Notes: generated by a model from the letters alone, not told the origin. Shown: positions 46,303 to 56,013, counted from the first letter of the stretch. The stretch is DNA of 64,000 nucleotides from an uncultured Acidobacteriota bacterium (GCA_963709325.1 CAVPVV010000003.1:2561147-2625146), one strand, 5' to 3'. Program-made: numbers and translations.

Positions 46303-46419
46303 GTCCGCCACGATAGGCCAGCGCTCACGGGTGGTGCGATCCGCAGCTTGCGCGGACATCGAAGGGCCGGCTGTCACAACCTTCGTCCCGGCCGTGGCGG
46401 CGTGGCTAGACTGCCGGTC

Positions 46420-47475
46420 ATGCGGGCACTCCTCGCCCTCACCTTCGGCGTACTGACGCTGGCCGGCATCCAGCAACCAGGCTCGCCCGTCGGCTGGCGA
46501 TTCGACCTGGCGTCCGATTCGTCGCGCCGGTACGAGCCCGACTCCGGCGATCCGACAGGACTCGGCCCGCGGCCGGTCGGGATCACGGTCTTCTACCCGG
46601 CCGCAGCCAGCAGCGATCCGCCCGCCTCTCTCGAGACGCTCGCGCGCCTGGACGCCTACAATCGGTTCCGCCGCCCGCCCGAGACAGCCTTCGATGCAGC
46701 GGCGGCGGCGGCCTTCGAAGGCGCCACACCCGGCGCATCGGCGCGGGTGCTGCGCAGCGTGCGCGATGCCCAACCATCGGCAGGGCGGCATCCGCTCGTG
46801 CTCTTCGCGCACAGCACGCCGCTCGGCATGTCGGCGATGGCCGAAGACCTGGCGGGACATGGCTTCGTCGTCGCGGGCGTCATCTCGCGCGGCGCCGAGC
46901 GCGGACCGTACCGGTTGAGCGTCGCCGACGTCCAGGCCATGACCGCTGACTTGCGGTTTGCGCTCGAGCGCGTCGGTGGCCTGCCGTTCGTGGACGCATC
47001 GCATGTCGGCGCAATCGGCATGAGCAACGGTGCGTTCGCGGCGGTCGGGCTCGCCAACCTAATCCCGATCGACGCCATCGTCAGCCTGGACGGCACGGTC
47101 GGGGAGCGCGCCGCGGCGCGGGTGCTGCCGGAGCTGGCGCCGGCGACCGCGCCGGCGACTGTGCCGCCGCTTCTGCACCTCTACGCGCCGGACAATTCCT
47201 TTCTCGACTTCGCCGAGTTGCGGAGGTGGCCCGGACGCTGCCTGACGATCCAGGTGCCGGACGTGGGACATTCCGATTTCCTGACATTCGCGCTTCTTCG
47301 ACCGGTCGATCCGAACGCAAGTCCGCGTCGCGCTCGTGTGATCGAGAAATTCACGGCGATCCGGCGGCTCACGCGCGCGTTCCTGGCCTCGCGGCTCTCG
47401 GCCGGTCCGGATCTACGACTCGAGCCCGAAGACGAGTCGCTCGGTCTCAGCGCCGCTCCGTGTGACGCACGCTGA
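46420..47475 (+). CDS. Alpha/beta hydrolase (dienelactone-hydrolase/PAF-acetylhydrolase-like), secreted
   Basis: This is the 3' part of ORF 44971..47475. ATG 46420 gives the signal peptide MRALLALTFGVLTLAG. The nucleophile elbow is GMSNG. Confidence 0.7.
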   Translation: MRALLALTFGVLTLAGIQQPGSPVGWRFDLASDSSRRYEPDSGDPTGLGPRPVGITVFYPAAASSDPPASLETLARLDAYNRFRRPPETAFDAAAAAAFEGATPGASARVLRSVRDAQPSAGRHPLVLFAHSTPLGMSAMAEDLAGHGFVVAGVISRGAERGPYRLSVADVQAMTADLRFALERVGGLPFVDASHVGAIGMSNGAFAAVGLANLIPIDAIVSLDGTVGERAAARVLPELAPATAPATVPPLLHLYAPDNSFLDFAELRRWPGRCLTIQVPDVGHSDFLTFALLRPVDPNASPRRARVIEKFTAIRRLTRAFLASRLSAGPDLRLEPEDESLGLSAAPCDAR

Positions 47476-47492
47476 CGCGCGATAATGAGCGC

Positions 47493-49922
47493 ATGCGGAC
47501 GCTCGGCCGAATTCTGTTGGCCCTTCTCGTCCTCATGGCTGGTGTGATCGTCGCCGGCGGCTGTTACACGCGCGCCCAACTGCGCGGCAGCCTGCCGGTG
47601 CTGGACGGCAACATCACGATGAACGGCTTGTCGGCGAAGGTCACGGTGACCCGCGATGCGCTCGGGGTCCCGTCGATCGCCGGCGCGACGCACGCTGACG
47701 TCGCACGGGCGCTGGGCTTCCTTCACGCCCAGGATCGCTTCTTCCAGATGGACCTGCAGCGCCGTCAACCGGCCGGCGAGCTGGCCGCGCTCGTCGGAGC
47801 GCGCGCGGTCCCGGTCGACGCGGAGGTGCGCGTCCACCGCTTTCGACACGTCGCCCAGGAGGCCCTGGCCAAGGCCAGTCCCGAATGGAAGGCGTTGCTC
47901 GAGGCGTACGCTGCCGGCGTGAACGCAGGCCTGCACTCCTTGTCCGCGCCGCCGTTCGAATACCTCCTGCTCCAGGCGACGCCCGAGCCGTGGAAGCCCG
48001 AGGATTCGATCCTCACCGTGCTGGCAATGTTCTGGACGCTGCAGGGACGCCAGGCGGCGTTCGAGGAAACCAACCAGCAACTGCGCGACGCGCTTCCCGA
48101 GCCGCTCTTCCGGTTCCTGGCCGTCGTCGGGTCGGACTGGGACGCGCCTTCAGTCGGTCACCTCGCATCGCGGCCGGCCGTCCCCGGACCGGAGATTGCG
48201 GATCTGCGCGGCAACTCACCGGCAATCAGAGCGGTCGCACACAAGGATGCAAGTGTCGCTGCGGCCGGGACGTTCGACGAGCAGGCCGCGCTGATCGGCT
48301 CGAACAACTGGGCCGTTGACGGAGCGCACAGCGCCACCGGCCGCGCGATTGTCGCCAACGACATGCACCTGTCGATCGGCGTGCCGAACATCTGGTATCG
48401 CGCGTCAATGGCCTGGCCGGATCCGGCGGAGCCACTCGCCACGCTGCGCCTCGGCGGGGTCACGCTTCCAGGGCTCCCGGTCACCGTGGTCGGCAGCAAT
48501 GGACATGTCGCCTGGGGCTTCACCAACACCGGCGGCGACTGGAGCGATCTGGTACGCATCGAGCCGGACCCACGCGATCCGTCGCGCTATCTCACGCCCA
48601 CCGGACCGATGTTGTTCGACCTTGGCGACGAGCAGATTGCGGTCAAGGGCGGGGCTCCGACCACGATCGCGGTGCGCGGCACCATCTGGGGGCCGATCGT
48701 CTGGAAGGACGCCGAGGGGCGAGAGTACGCGCAGCGATGGATCGCGCACGATCTGGCGCTCCTCGCCACCGATCTCGATCGGCCGGAGCGGACGCGAACC
48801 GTGGACGAGATGGTGGTTGCCTTGGTGGGCCTGGGACTGCCGAATCAAAACGTGACCGCGGGGGACTTGAGCGGACGAATTGCCTGGACGGTTGGAGGCG
48901 CGATTCCGAAGCGTCGCGGCTTCGACGGATTCACGCCCGAGTCGTGGGCCGACGGATCGCGCGGGTGGGACGGCTTCCTCGAAGCCGGCGACTACCCACG
49001 GCTCAGCGATCCGAAGGCGGGCCGGCTCTGGACGGCAAATGCGCCGGTGGTGGACGGTCCAGGACTCGCGGCGATTGGAGATGGCGGCTATGCGGACGGC
49101 ATCCGCGCGCGCATCATCCGCGATCGGCTGTTGGAGATTCCGAAAGCGACGCCCGAGCAGATGCTAGGCGTACAGCTCGACAACACCGCGCTCTTTCTCG
49201 AACGGTGGCGCCGTGTCGCGCTCGACGTGCTGGCCGTGGGTGCGGCTGCCTCGCCAGCGGATCGCGCGGCGGCGCGGCGTGAGTTCAAGCGGCTCGTCGA
49301 GACCACGTGGACCGGTCACGCGTCACCTGAATCCGAAGCCTATCGCCTCGTGCGTACTTTCCGCCTGCAGGTCGTGAAACGCGTCCTCACGTTCGTGACC
49401 GCAGCGGCCGCGGCAAAGGACTCGTCGTTCGACTACACGCGCGCGATGCGCACCGAGGGCCCGGTCTGGACGCTCGTGTCCGAGCGCCCGATGCACCTGC
49501 TGGATCCGCAGTTCAGGAACTGGGACGAGCTGCTGCTGGCGGCGGTAGACGCGGCGATCGACGAGCTCACCGAAGGAGGAAAGCCCCTCGCGGGCCGTAC
49601 CTGGGGCGAGTTCAACCGCGCGCTGATCCAGCATCCGCTGTCCAGCGCCGTTCCACAGCTCGGGCGCTGGCTGAACATGCCGCAGGACCCGTTGCCCGGC
49701 GACGCCTACACGCCGCGCGCGCACGCGCCGCGCACCGGTCCGTCCGAGCGCATGGCCGTCTCACCTGGCGACGAAGCGCACGGCATCCTGCACATGCCGA
49801 CCGGCCAGAGCGGCCACCCGCTATCGCCGTACTTCGGCGCCATGCACAAGGCCTGGGTCGACGGGTCGCCAGTGCCGTTCCTCCCCGGCCCTGCTGTTCA
49901 TACGCTGACCTTCGTTCCGTAG
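47493..49922 (+). CDS. Penicillin acylase family Ntn-hydrolase (possible acyl-homoserine-lactone acylase)
   Basis: 809 aa with a signal anchor. The N-terminal nucleophile context is ALIGSNNWAVDGAHSATGRAIVANDMHL. Confidence 0.85.
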   Translation: MRTLGRILLALLVLMAGVIVAGGCYTRAQLRGSLPVLDGNITMNGLSAKVTVTRDALGVPSIAGATHADVARALGFLHAQDRFFQMDLQRRQPAGELAALVGARAVPVDAEVRVHRFRHVAQEALAKASPEWKALLEAYAAGVNAGLHSLSAPPFEYLLLQATPEPWKPEDSILTVLAMFWTLQGRQAAFEETNQQLRDALPEPLFRFLAVVGSDWDAPSVGHLASRPAVPGPEIADLRGNSPAIRAVAHKDASVAAAGTFDEQAALIGSNNWAVDGAHSATGRAIVANDMHLSIGVPNIWYRASMAWPDPAEPLATLRLGGVTLPGLPVTVVGSNGHVAWGFTNTGGDWSDLVRIEPDPRDPSRYLTPTGPMLFDLGDEQIAVKGGAPTTIAVRGTIWGPIVWKDAEGREYAQRWIAHDLALLATDLDRPERTRTVDEMVVALVGLGLPNQNVTAGDLSGRIAWTVGGAIPKRRGFDGFTPESWADGSRGWDGFLEAGDYPRLSDPKAGRLWTANAPVVDGPGLAAIGDGGYADGIRARIIRDRLLEIPKATPEQMLGVQLDNTALFLERWRRVALDVLAVGAAASPADRAAARREFKRLVETTWTGHASPESEAYRLVRTFRLQVVKRVLTFVTAAAAAKDSSFDYTRAMRTEGPVWTLVSERPMHLLDPQFRNWDELLLAAVDAAIDELTEGGKPLAGRTWGEFNRALIQHPLSSAVPQLGRWLNMPQDPLPGDAYTPRAHAPRTGPSERMAVSPGDEAHGILHMPTGQSGHPLSPYFGAMHKAWVDGSPVPFLPGPAVHTLTFVP

Positions 49923-50019
49923 GGGGGACAGTCCCCCTATTCGATCCGACTCAATGGCCTTATACGACACGACTCAGGGGACTGTCCCCCTATGCGACCC
50001 AACTAGGGGGACTGTCCCC
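49923..50019. repeat. Three copies of the palindrome GGGGACWGTCCCC in a 97-nt intergenic array
   Basis: Copies at 49923-49937, 49977-49990 and 50006-50019, with related spacers (CTATTCGATCCGACTCA / CTATGCGACCCAACTA). The array starts immediately after the acylase stop. Confidence 0.85.
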
Positions 50020-50034
50020 AGTTGCGGGTCGCCG

Positions 50035-50538
50035 TCACCAGCGGATGCGGAGCAAGGGGCGGACAGGAGAGGGTGGTGGACTCGTGCCGCCGGGTGGCGC
50101 CGGGCGGACGCGATAGAGAGGCTGACGCGATGTGTTTGCGCGATCGAGCAAGTAACCGACCGTGCCGTACGAGATGACGGCGCTCGCTACGAGGGTTCCC
50201 TGCGACTCGGGCAGCTCCGAGGCAACGAGCAGGCCCATGATCAGGCCGATGGCCGCCCCCTTCAGCGTCCCGTCCAGCGTCGAGTCTCGCACGCGATCGA
50301 CTGTAAACACGGCGTCGCGCTGCATGACGATGGACTGCGCGCCGGTGCTGAACGTCACTTCAAGGTCGTCGGCGTCCACCAGGTTCAGGCGGCGCTCTTG
50401 TCCATTCGCATCGGTGACGTAGACCTCCTGCCCCAGCGCTTTCTGCAGACGGGCAAAATCCGCCAGCCGTGCCGGCGTGAGCGTTGGATCGGGAACCGAC
50501 ATGATCCCGAATATGAGCGGCATGATCAGGTATCCCAT
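50035..50538 (-). CDS. Hypothetical small membrane protein
   Basis: From ORF 50035..50598. ATG 50538 gives MGYLIMPLIFGIMSV (a TM segment), and a second hydrophobic segment GAAIGLIMGLLVA is present. No domain recognised. Confidence 0.45.
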   Translation of the reverse strand: MGYLIMPLIFGIMSVPDPTLTPARLADFARLQKALGQEVYVTDANGQERRLNLVDADDLEVTFSTGAQSIVMQRDAVFTVDRVRDSTLDGTLKGAAIGLIMGLLVASELPESQGTLVASAVISYGTVGYLLDRANTSRQPLYRVRPAPPGGTSPPPSPVRPLLRIRW

Positions 50539-50634
50539 GGCGTCCTCCAGGCTCGAATTCGCGAGCCAGGGCCACGGTAGCCCCCGCGGTAGACGCAAGT
50601 CCTGAGAGCGGCCTGAGAAAGGATGAAGAATCGT

Positions 50635-52086
50635 TCACGCCGCTCGCGACGCGATCGCGACCAGAAGCGGGCGCAGCCGTTCGTGGCCGTGAAGCGGCAG
50701 GAACATCGGATCCGCGGCCAGGCTCCACGCGGTCGGCCCAGCGGGAGCGTCCCTCATCAGCGTATCCAGCGCGTCGCACGCTTCCGCCGGCCGGTCGGTC
50801 CACGCCAGCAGCGCCGCGCGGATGAGCGTGGCGTCCGACGTCTTCGGGCCGGACGACATCTCACCCAGGGCGCGTTCGACGGCCGCTGCGCGAGAACCAG
50901 GGGACAGTCCCCTTACCCTTTTCGCAAGGGGACTGTCCCCACTTGCCAGATGCAGGCCGAGGGCGCCGCGGGCCGCGCCGGGATTCAGCGACTCTGCCAG
51001 CTCGAACGCGGTCGCAGCTTCCTGACGCTGGCCGAGCCGGACATGATGGAAGCCGGCCGAGGTCGCCGCCAGCCACTGGAACTCGCGCGCGAACAGCCCT
51101 GACGGGCTCTGCTCCGTCTCGGCTGCAAACGCGGCGACCGCCTCGTCCATTCGATCGGTGGCGGTCGCCACTAAACCTCGCATCCAGTGCAGGCCCGCCA
51201 CCGGCAGCACTGCTGTCCCGGGCTGCGCGTCCTGGATGCGCGCGCCGGCGTCGGCTTCGGCGCCAGCCCGATCCCACGCGCCGCGGGCGACGAACACCAT
51301 CGCCGACAGCAGGTGGGCCGCGGCGCACGACGGCGACAAGGCCAGCGCACGATCGGCCGCCCGCAGACGGTCCTCGCCCCAGCACGCCAGCGCCAGTCGA
51401 AATTGGTGGCGCCAGCTGTCCGGCTCCAGCGCCACCGCCCGCCGCGCCGCTGCCTGCGCATCGTCACGCCGGCCAGCCAGCGCCTGCGCGTGTGCCATCA
51501 CCGCCCAAGCCTCGCCGAGGCGCGGGTCGATCTCGGCAGCTCGCCGCGCCGCGGCGAGCGCCGCCTGCACGAGCGCCATGTCCGGACGGTTCGTCAATCG
51601 CGTGGCTTCGAACCCGACAACGCACGCGTTGGCGACGCCGGCGTGAGCCGGCGCGTAGTCGGGCATTGCCGTCGCGGCCGCCTCCATCGCCGCGCGGGCC
51701 TCAACGAGGCGGGTTGGATCGAGCGACTCGAGGGCAAGGCGGCCCTCCACCCAGAGCCGGAACGGATCACCGCTCGCGGCCTCAGTGGCCGACACCCCGA
51801 TGAACCGGTAGCCGCGCCTCGCCAGCGTCTGGATCACCCGCGGCTGGTCGGCGGGATCGCCGAGCGCCTTCCGGATGTCGGCGATCGCCCGCGCCAGCGT
51901 GTTCTCGGTGACGTGCACGTCGGGCCAGAAGCGATCGAGCAGCTCCTCTTTCGTAGCGATCGCGCCGTTGCGCTCGACCAGGTAAACGAGGATCTCGACC
52001 AGCCGCGGCGACAGTTCGATCGGGTCGCCGTCGCGGGACAGCGTCCACGTCCGGATGTCAACGGCAAACGGCCCGAAGCGAACCAT
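50635..52086 (-). CDS. OmpR/PhoB-type winged-helix DNA-binding protein fused to a TPR/BTAD-like domain
   Basis: N-terminus is FGPFAVDIRTWTLSRDGDPIELSPRLVEILVYLVERNGAIATKEELLDRFWPD...TLARRGYRF. The rest is alpha-helical repeats. Confidence 0.8.
   Translation of the reverse strand: MVRFGPFAVDIRTWTLSRDGDPIELSPRLVEILVYLVERNGAIATKEELLDRFWPDVHVTENTLARAIADIRKALGDPADQPRVIQTLARRGYRFIGVSATEAASGDPFRLWVEGRLALESLDPTRLVEARAAMEAAATAMPDYAPAHAGVANACVVGFEATRLTNRPDMALVQAALAAARRAAEIDPRLGEAWAVMAHAQALAGRRDDAQAAARRAVALEPDSWRHQFRLALACWGEDRLRAADRALALSPSCAAAHLLSAMVFVARGAWDRAGAEADAGARIQDAQPGTAVLPVAGLHWMRGLVATATDRMDEAVAAFAAETEQSPSGLFAREFQWLAATSAGFHHVRLGQRQEAATAFELAESLNPGAARGALGLHLASGDSPLAKRVRGLSPGSRAAAVERALGEMSSGPKTSDATLIRAALLAWTDRPAEACDALDTLMRDAPAGPTAWSLAADPMFLPLHGHERLRPLLVAIASRAA
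50900..50940. repeat. Two copies of GGGGACWGTCCCC inside the wHTH-TPR regulator CDS (in-frame)
   Basis: Copies at 50900-50912 and 50928-50940. They are translated as SGDSPLAKRVRGLSPG, a different reading frame through the palindrome than in the TolC gene. Confidence 0.8.
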
Positions 52087-52094
52087 GGCCTAAC

Positions 52095-52189
52095 GGAAGT
52101 GAGAAGTGAGAAGTGAGAAGTGAGAAGCAAGAGGCGCGAGGAAATCGGTGGGTCTGCTTCTCACCTTTCACCTCTCCTTTCTCATCTCG
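52095..52189. repeat. GTGAGAA-family hairpin repeat (copy 3 of 3) with a perfect (GTGAGAA)x4 tract
   Basis: Left arm ggaagtgagaagtgagaagtgagaagtgagaagcaagagg pairs with right arm ctgcttctcacctttcacctctcctttctcatctc. Confidence 0.8.
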
Positions 52190-52218
52190 GGCCGCAGACT
52201 GCCTCTTCCTGCAGTCCG

Positions 52219-53362
52219 CTAGAGCACAGCGCGCGCCTCGAGCGCACGTTCGGCGGCTTCCCCGGCGGTTCCGGCCACGACGGTGATGTGGCCCATCTTC
52301 CGGCCGACACGCGGCTCGCCCTTGCCGTAGAGGTGAAGTGCGACGCCGGGGATCGACAGCGCCGCGTCCCAGTCGGGCTCGCCGTCGATCCACAGGTCGC
52401 CGAGCAGGTTGACCATCGCCGCCGGCCTCGATCTGCGCGGTCGTCCGAGCGACAGCCCGCACACCGCGCGCACCTGCTGCTCGAACTGCGACGTGACGCA
52501 CGCATCGATCGTGAAGTGCCCCGAGTTGTGCGGCCGCGGCGCGATCTCGTTGACCAGCACCCGTGCCGTCGCGTCGTGACGAAGAACTCCACGCACAGCA
52601 CGCCGACGTAGCCGAGGTCGTCGAGCACGCGATGCGCCAGGTGCACGGCCTCGCTGGCCATCGCCGGTCGGGCACGCGCGCCGGCGCGACCGACAGATCG
52701 AGGATGTGATTGTGGTGGATGTTCTCGATCGCGCCGTAGTGCGACGAATCGCGCCGTCGAGGCCGCGCGCCGCGACGACCGAGATCTCGTGCGCGAAGTC
52801 GACGACGCTGCTCGATGATCGCTTCCTGGTGGCCGACCAGCCCCCACGATGCGCTCGCCGTCTTCGATGCGATCGATGCGATGCTGCCCCTTGCCGTCGT
52901 AGCCGAACGCCGCGGTCTTGACGATCGCCGGCAGCCCGATCGACGCCGAGCGCCGACGGCCAGCTCGTCGACCGACTGCGCCTTCGCGAACGGCGTGCAC
53001 CGGGATAGCCGCGATCGGCGAGGAACGCCTTCTCGCGCGCGCGCTGCTGCGTGATGTGCAGCGCCGATCCGCTCGGCCGGACCGGAACGATCTCCGCCGC
53101 CGCATCGGCCGCGTCCGTCGAGACGTTCTCGAACTCGAACGTCATCACGTCGACGCCGCGCGCGAAGGTGCGGATCGCGTCGATGTCGTCGTACTCGGCG
53201 CTGACCTCGAGATCGGCGACCTGGCCGGTCGGCGTATCGACGCCGGGCGACAGGGTGTGGACGCGGTAGCCCATGCGGCGCGCTTCGAGCGCCAGCATGC
53301 GGCCCAAGCTGTCCGCTGCCCAGCACGCCGATGGTGGCGCCCGGCAGCACGATGCGATTCAC
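52219..53362 (-). pseudogene. purK: N5-carboxyaminoimidazole ribonucleotide synthase (PurK), multiply frameshifted
   Basis: PurK segments are spread over three frames. These include [12 protein letters not shown]|[14 protein letters not shown]..., LPAIVKTAAFGYDGKGQ, HYGAIENIHHNHILDLSVAPARVP, VLDDLGYVGVLCVEFFV and NEIAPRPHNSGHFTIDAC...GRKMGHITV. Confidence 0.8.
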
Positions 53363-53883
53363 GGGAGCGTGTCCTGCGCGCACCTTCGCCGTCTGCTCGG
53401 CGCGGAAGGCGCGGAGCTGCTCGCGGAGTTCCGGGCGCGTCGTCGCGAGGATGCGACACCGCCAGCAGCCCGGCGTTGGTCGCGCCGGCCTTGCCGATGG
53501 CCAGCGTGCCGACCGGCACGCCGCCCGGCATCTGCACGATCGACAGCAGCGAGTCGAGGCCCTGCAGCGCCGCGCTCTGCACCGGCACGCCGAGCACCGG
53601 CAGCACGGTGTGCGACGGCGACCATGCCGGGCAGGTGCGCGGCGCCGCCGGCGCCGGCGATGATCACCTGGATGCCGCGCGCCTCCGCGCTCTGCGCGAA
53701 TTCCGCCATCCACACCGGCGTGCGATGCGCGGAGACGACTGCCTTTTCGAACGGGCACGTTGAATCGCTCGAGCACCTCCACGGCGTGTGACACATCGTG
53801 TCCCAGTCGGACGTGGAGCCCATGATGACGGCCACGAGCGGGCTAGGAGACGGCATCGTTCGCAGAGTATATTGCACCGGCAC
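53363..53883 (-). pseudogene. purE: N5-CAIR mutase (PurE), multiply frameshifted; 3' boundary approximate
   Basis: The segments [72 protein letters not shown] and [47 protein letters not shown] alternate between frames. Confidence 0.8.
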
Positions 53884-53963
53884 CGTGTCAGTGCGCTCGT
53901 GTACCGGTGCCGCACCCTGCGCCTCTGCACCCGTGCGCCTGCACTCGGCACACTGGACTCGAT

Positions 53964-54922
53964 ATGGAATGGCTCAACTACCACCACCTGCTCTACTTCT
54001 GGACGGTCGCGCGCGAGGGCACGCATCGCGCGCGCCAGCGAGGAGCTGCGGCTCGCGCAGCCGACGATCAGCGGCCAGATCCGCGTGCTCGAGGATCAGC
54101 TCGGCGAGAAGCTGTTCCAGCGATCGGGACGCAACCTCGTCCTGACCGACATGGGCCGCGTCGTCTATCGCTACGCCGACGACATCTTCAGCGCTCGGCC
54201 GCGAGCTGATGGACACGCTGAAGGATCGGCCGACCGGCCGGCCGATGCGCTTCCAGGTCGGCGTCGCCGACGAGGTCACCAAGATGCATCGCGTATCGCC
54301 TGCTCGAGCCGGCGATGCGCCTGCCGACAGCCGGTGCAGATCGTCTGCCGCGACGGCGCCGCTCGAGCGACTGCTCACCGATCTCGCGACGCACGCGCTC
54401 GACCTGGTGATCGCCGACACGCCGATCTCGCCGACGATCAAGGTCAAGGCCTTCAGCCACGCGCTCGGCGACACGCCGGTCACGGTCTTCGGCGCCGCCG
54501 AAGCTGGCTGCGCCACGTCGCAAGAGCGCTTCCCGCAGTCGCTCGACGGCGCGCCGTTTCTGCTGCCGACCGAGCAGAAGACGCTGCGGCGCACGCTCGA
54601 TCAGTGGTTCGAGCAGCAGGGCGTCCGCCCGCGCATCGTCGCCGAGCTCGACGACAGCGCGCTGCTGACGACGTTCGGGCAGGCCGGCGCCGGACTGTTC
54701 GCGGTCCCGACCGCGGTCGAGCCGGAAGCGGTGCGGCTGTACGGCGTCGGCCTGATCGGCCGCATCAACGAAGTCCGCGAGCGCTACTACGCGATCTCGG
54801 TGGAGCGCCGGCTGAAACATCCAGCCGTGCTCGCGATTTCGAACGCCGCGACCGAATTGCTGCTGCCGCCCAAGCCGCGCACCGCGCGCAAGAAGGCGGC
54901 CGCGGCGTCGGTTGACAATTGA
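53964..54922 (+). pseudogene. NhaR-like LysR-family transcriptional activator, multiply frameshifted
   Basis: MEWLNYHHLLYFWTVAREG is in one frame. IARASEELRLAQPTISGQIRVLEDQLGEKLFQRSGRNLVLTDMGRVVYRYADDIFS is in a second. IAYRLLEPAMRLP, QPVQIVCRDG and APLERLLTDLATHALDLVIADTP... are in three frames within ~100 nt. The C-terminal 200 aa are intact in ORF 54209..54922. Confidence 0.75.
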
Positions 54923-55021
54923 CGATTGCAGGCGGGCCCGGGGCCGCGAGGGCGGCTCGCCTTCGTCCTCCACATTCGAGAGGCGCGTCCGGCAGGCCGA
55001 CCCCGTGGTCCCGGTCTTGGG

Positions 55022-55891
55022 TCAGGCCGCGAGGTGACGTGGTGCCCGGGTGAGCGCCCGGAGCCGTGCCACGCGTGCCTCGATCGGCGGGTGCGTTGAG
55101 AACAGCTGCGTGAACCCGCTTGCACCCGAGAAGGGGTTCACGATGAAGAGGCTGGCCGTCGCTGGTTGCGCCGCCTCCGTTGGTATGACCGCTGCGCCCT
55201 GATGCAGTCGCTCCAGGGCACGCGCCAGCGATTCGGGATCTCCTGCGAGACGAGCGCCGAGCTCATCCGCCATGTACTCGCGCGAGCGCGAGATACCCAA
55301 CTGCACGAGGGTCGCCGCGATCGGGGCGACGATGGCCATCGCCAGCGCGCCGAGCGGGGAGCCCTCGTCTTCATCCGAGCGGCCGGCGCCGAACAGCACG
55401 CCGAACTGCAGCGCCTGACCGATGAACGACACCGCGCCAGCCAGCATCGCGGCGATGGAGGCGACCAGGATGTCGCGGTTCTTGATGTGCGCAATCTCGT
55501 GGGCGATGACGCCGCGGACCTCGGCGGCCGGCAACAGCCTGAGGAGCCCCGTGGTCACGGCTACCACGCCGTGCTCGGGATTGCGGCCGGTGGCAAAAGC
55601 GTTAGGCTGCGGATCGTCGATGAGATAGAGGCGCGGCGTCGGGATGCCGGCGCGCGCCGCGAGCTCGGCCACCGTGTCGCGGAGCGCCGCGGCCGCTCCC
55701 TCGTCGAGCGGCCGCGCCTGGTTGATCCGCAGGACCAGCCGATCGGAGTAGAACCACGCCGCCAGATTCATGGCCGCCGCCAGGCCGAGCAAGAGCGGCA
55801 ACGCCCCCGGGGCGACGGCACCGCCGGCGCCAATCAGAATCGCCGACAGCACTCCCAGGAGCAGGAACGTCTTGAAGGTGTTCGCTCGCAT
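55022..55891 (-). CDS. htpX: HtpX-type M48 zinc metalloprotease, membrane-bound
   Basis: Has the HEIAHIKNRD (HExxH) motif, four TM segments and the typical N-terminus MRANTFKTFLLL. Confidence 0.9.
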   Translation of the reverse strand: MRANTFKTFLLLGVLSAILIGAGGAVAPGALPLLLGLAAAMNLAAWFYSDRLVLRINQARPLDEGAAAALRDTVAELAARAGIPTPRLYLIDDPQPNAFATGRNPEHGVVAVTTGLLRLLPAAEVRGVIAHEIAHIKNRDILVASIAAMLAGAVSFIGQALQFGVLFGAGRSDEDEGSPLGALAMAIVAPIAATLVQLGISRSREYMADELGARLAGDPESLARALERLHQGAAVIPTEAAQPATASLFIVNPFSGASGFTQLFSTHPPIEARVARLRALTRAPRHLAA

Positions 55892-56013
55892 GGCGGAATC
55901 GCGTGGTTGAGTGGAGCCAGTATGGGACCGGCTGACGATTCCAACAATTAGAATGTTTGATGCGAACGGTGTCTATTTTTCGAAGTCGCGCCAAACCGGG
56001 CGAGAATGCGGGG

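Noticed and set aside
46303-47004. N-terminal 230 aa of the 594-aa minus ORF, and the first ~480 aa of the 834-aa plus ORF 44971..47475
   Set aside because: Each extension is antisense to the real part of the other gene (ada versus the alpha/beta hydrolase). Both proteins have normal-length products from internal starts (46302 and 46420).
49923-50019. Possible mini-CRISPR array formed by the GGGGACWGTCCCC repeats
   Set aside because: The repeats are only 13-15 nt and the spacers 15-40 nt and related to one another. There are no cas genes, and the same palindrome occurs inside two coding sequences.
52058-53794. 578-aa minus ORF spanning purE-purK
   Set aside because: It is a composite reading through several frames' worth of purE/purK fragments plus nonsense. 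It is not a genuine fusion protein.
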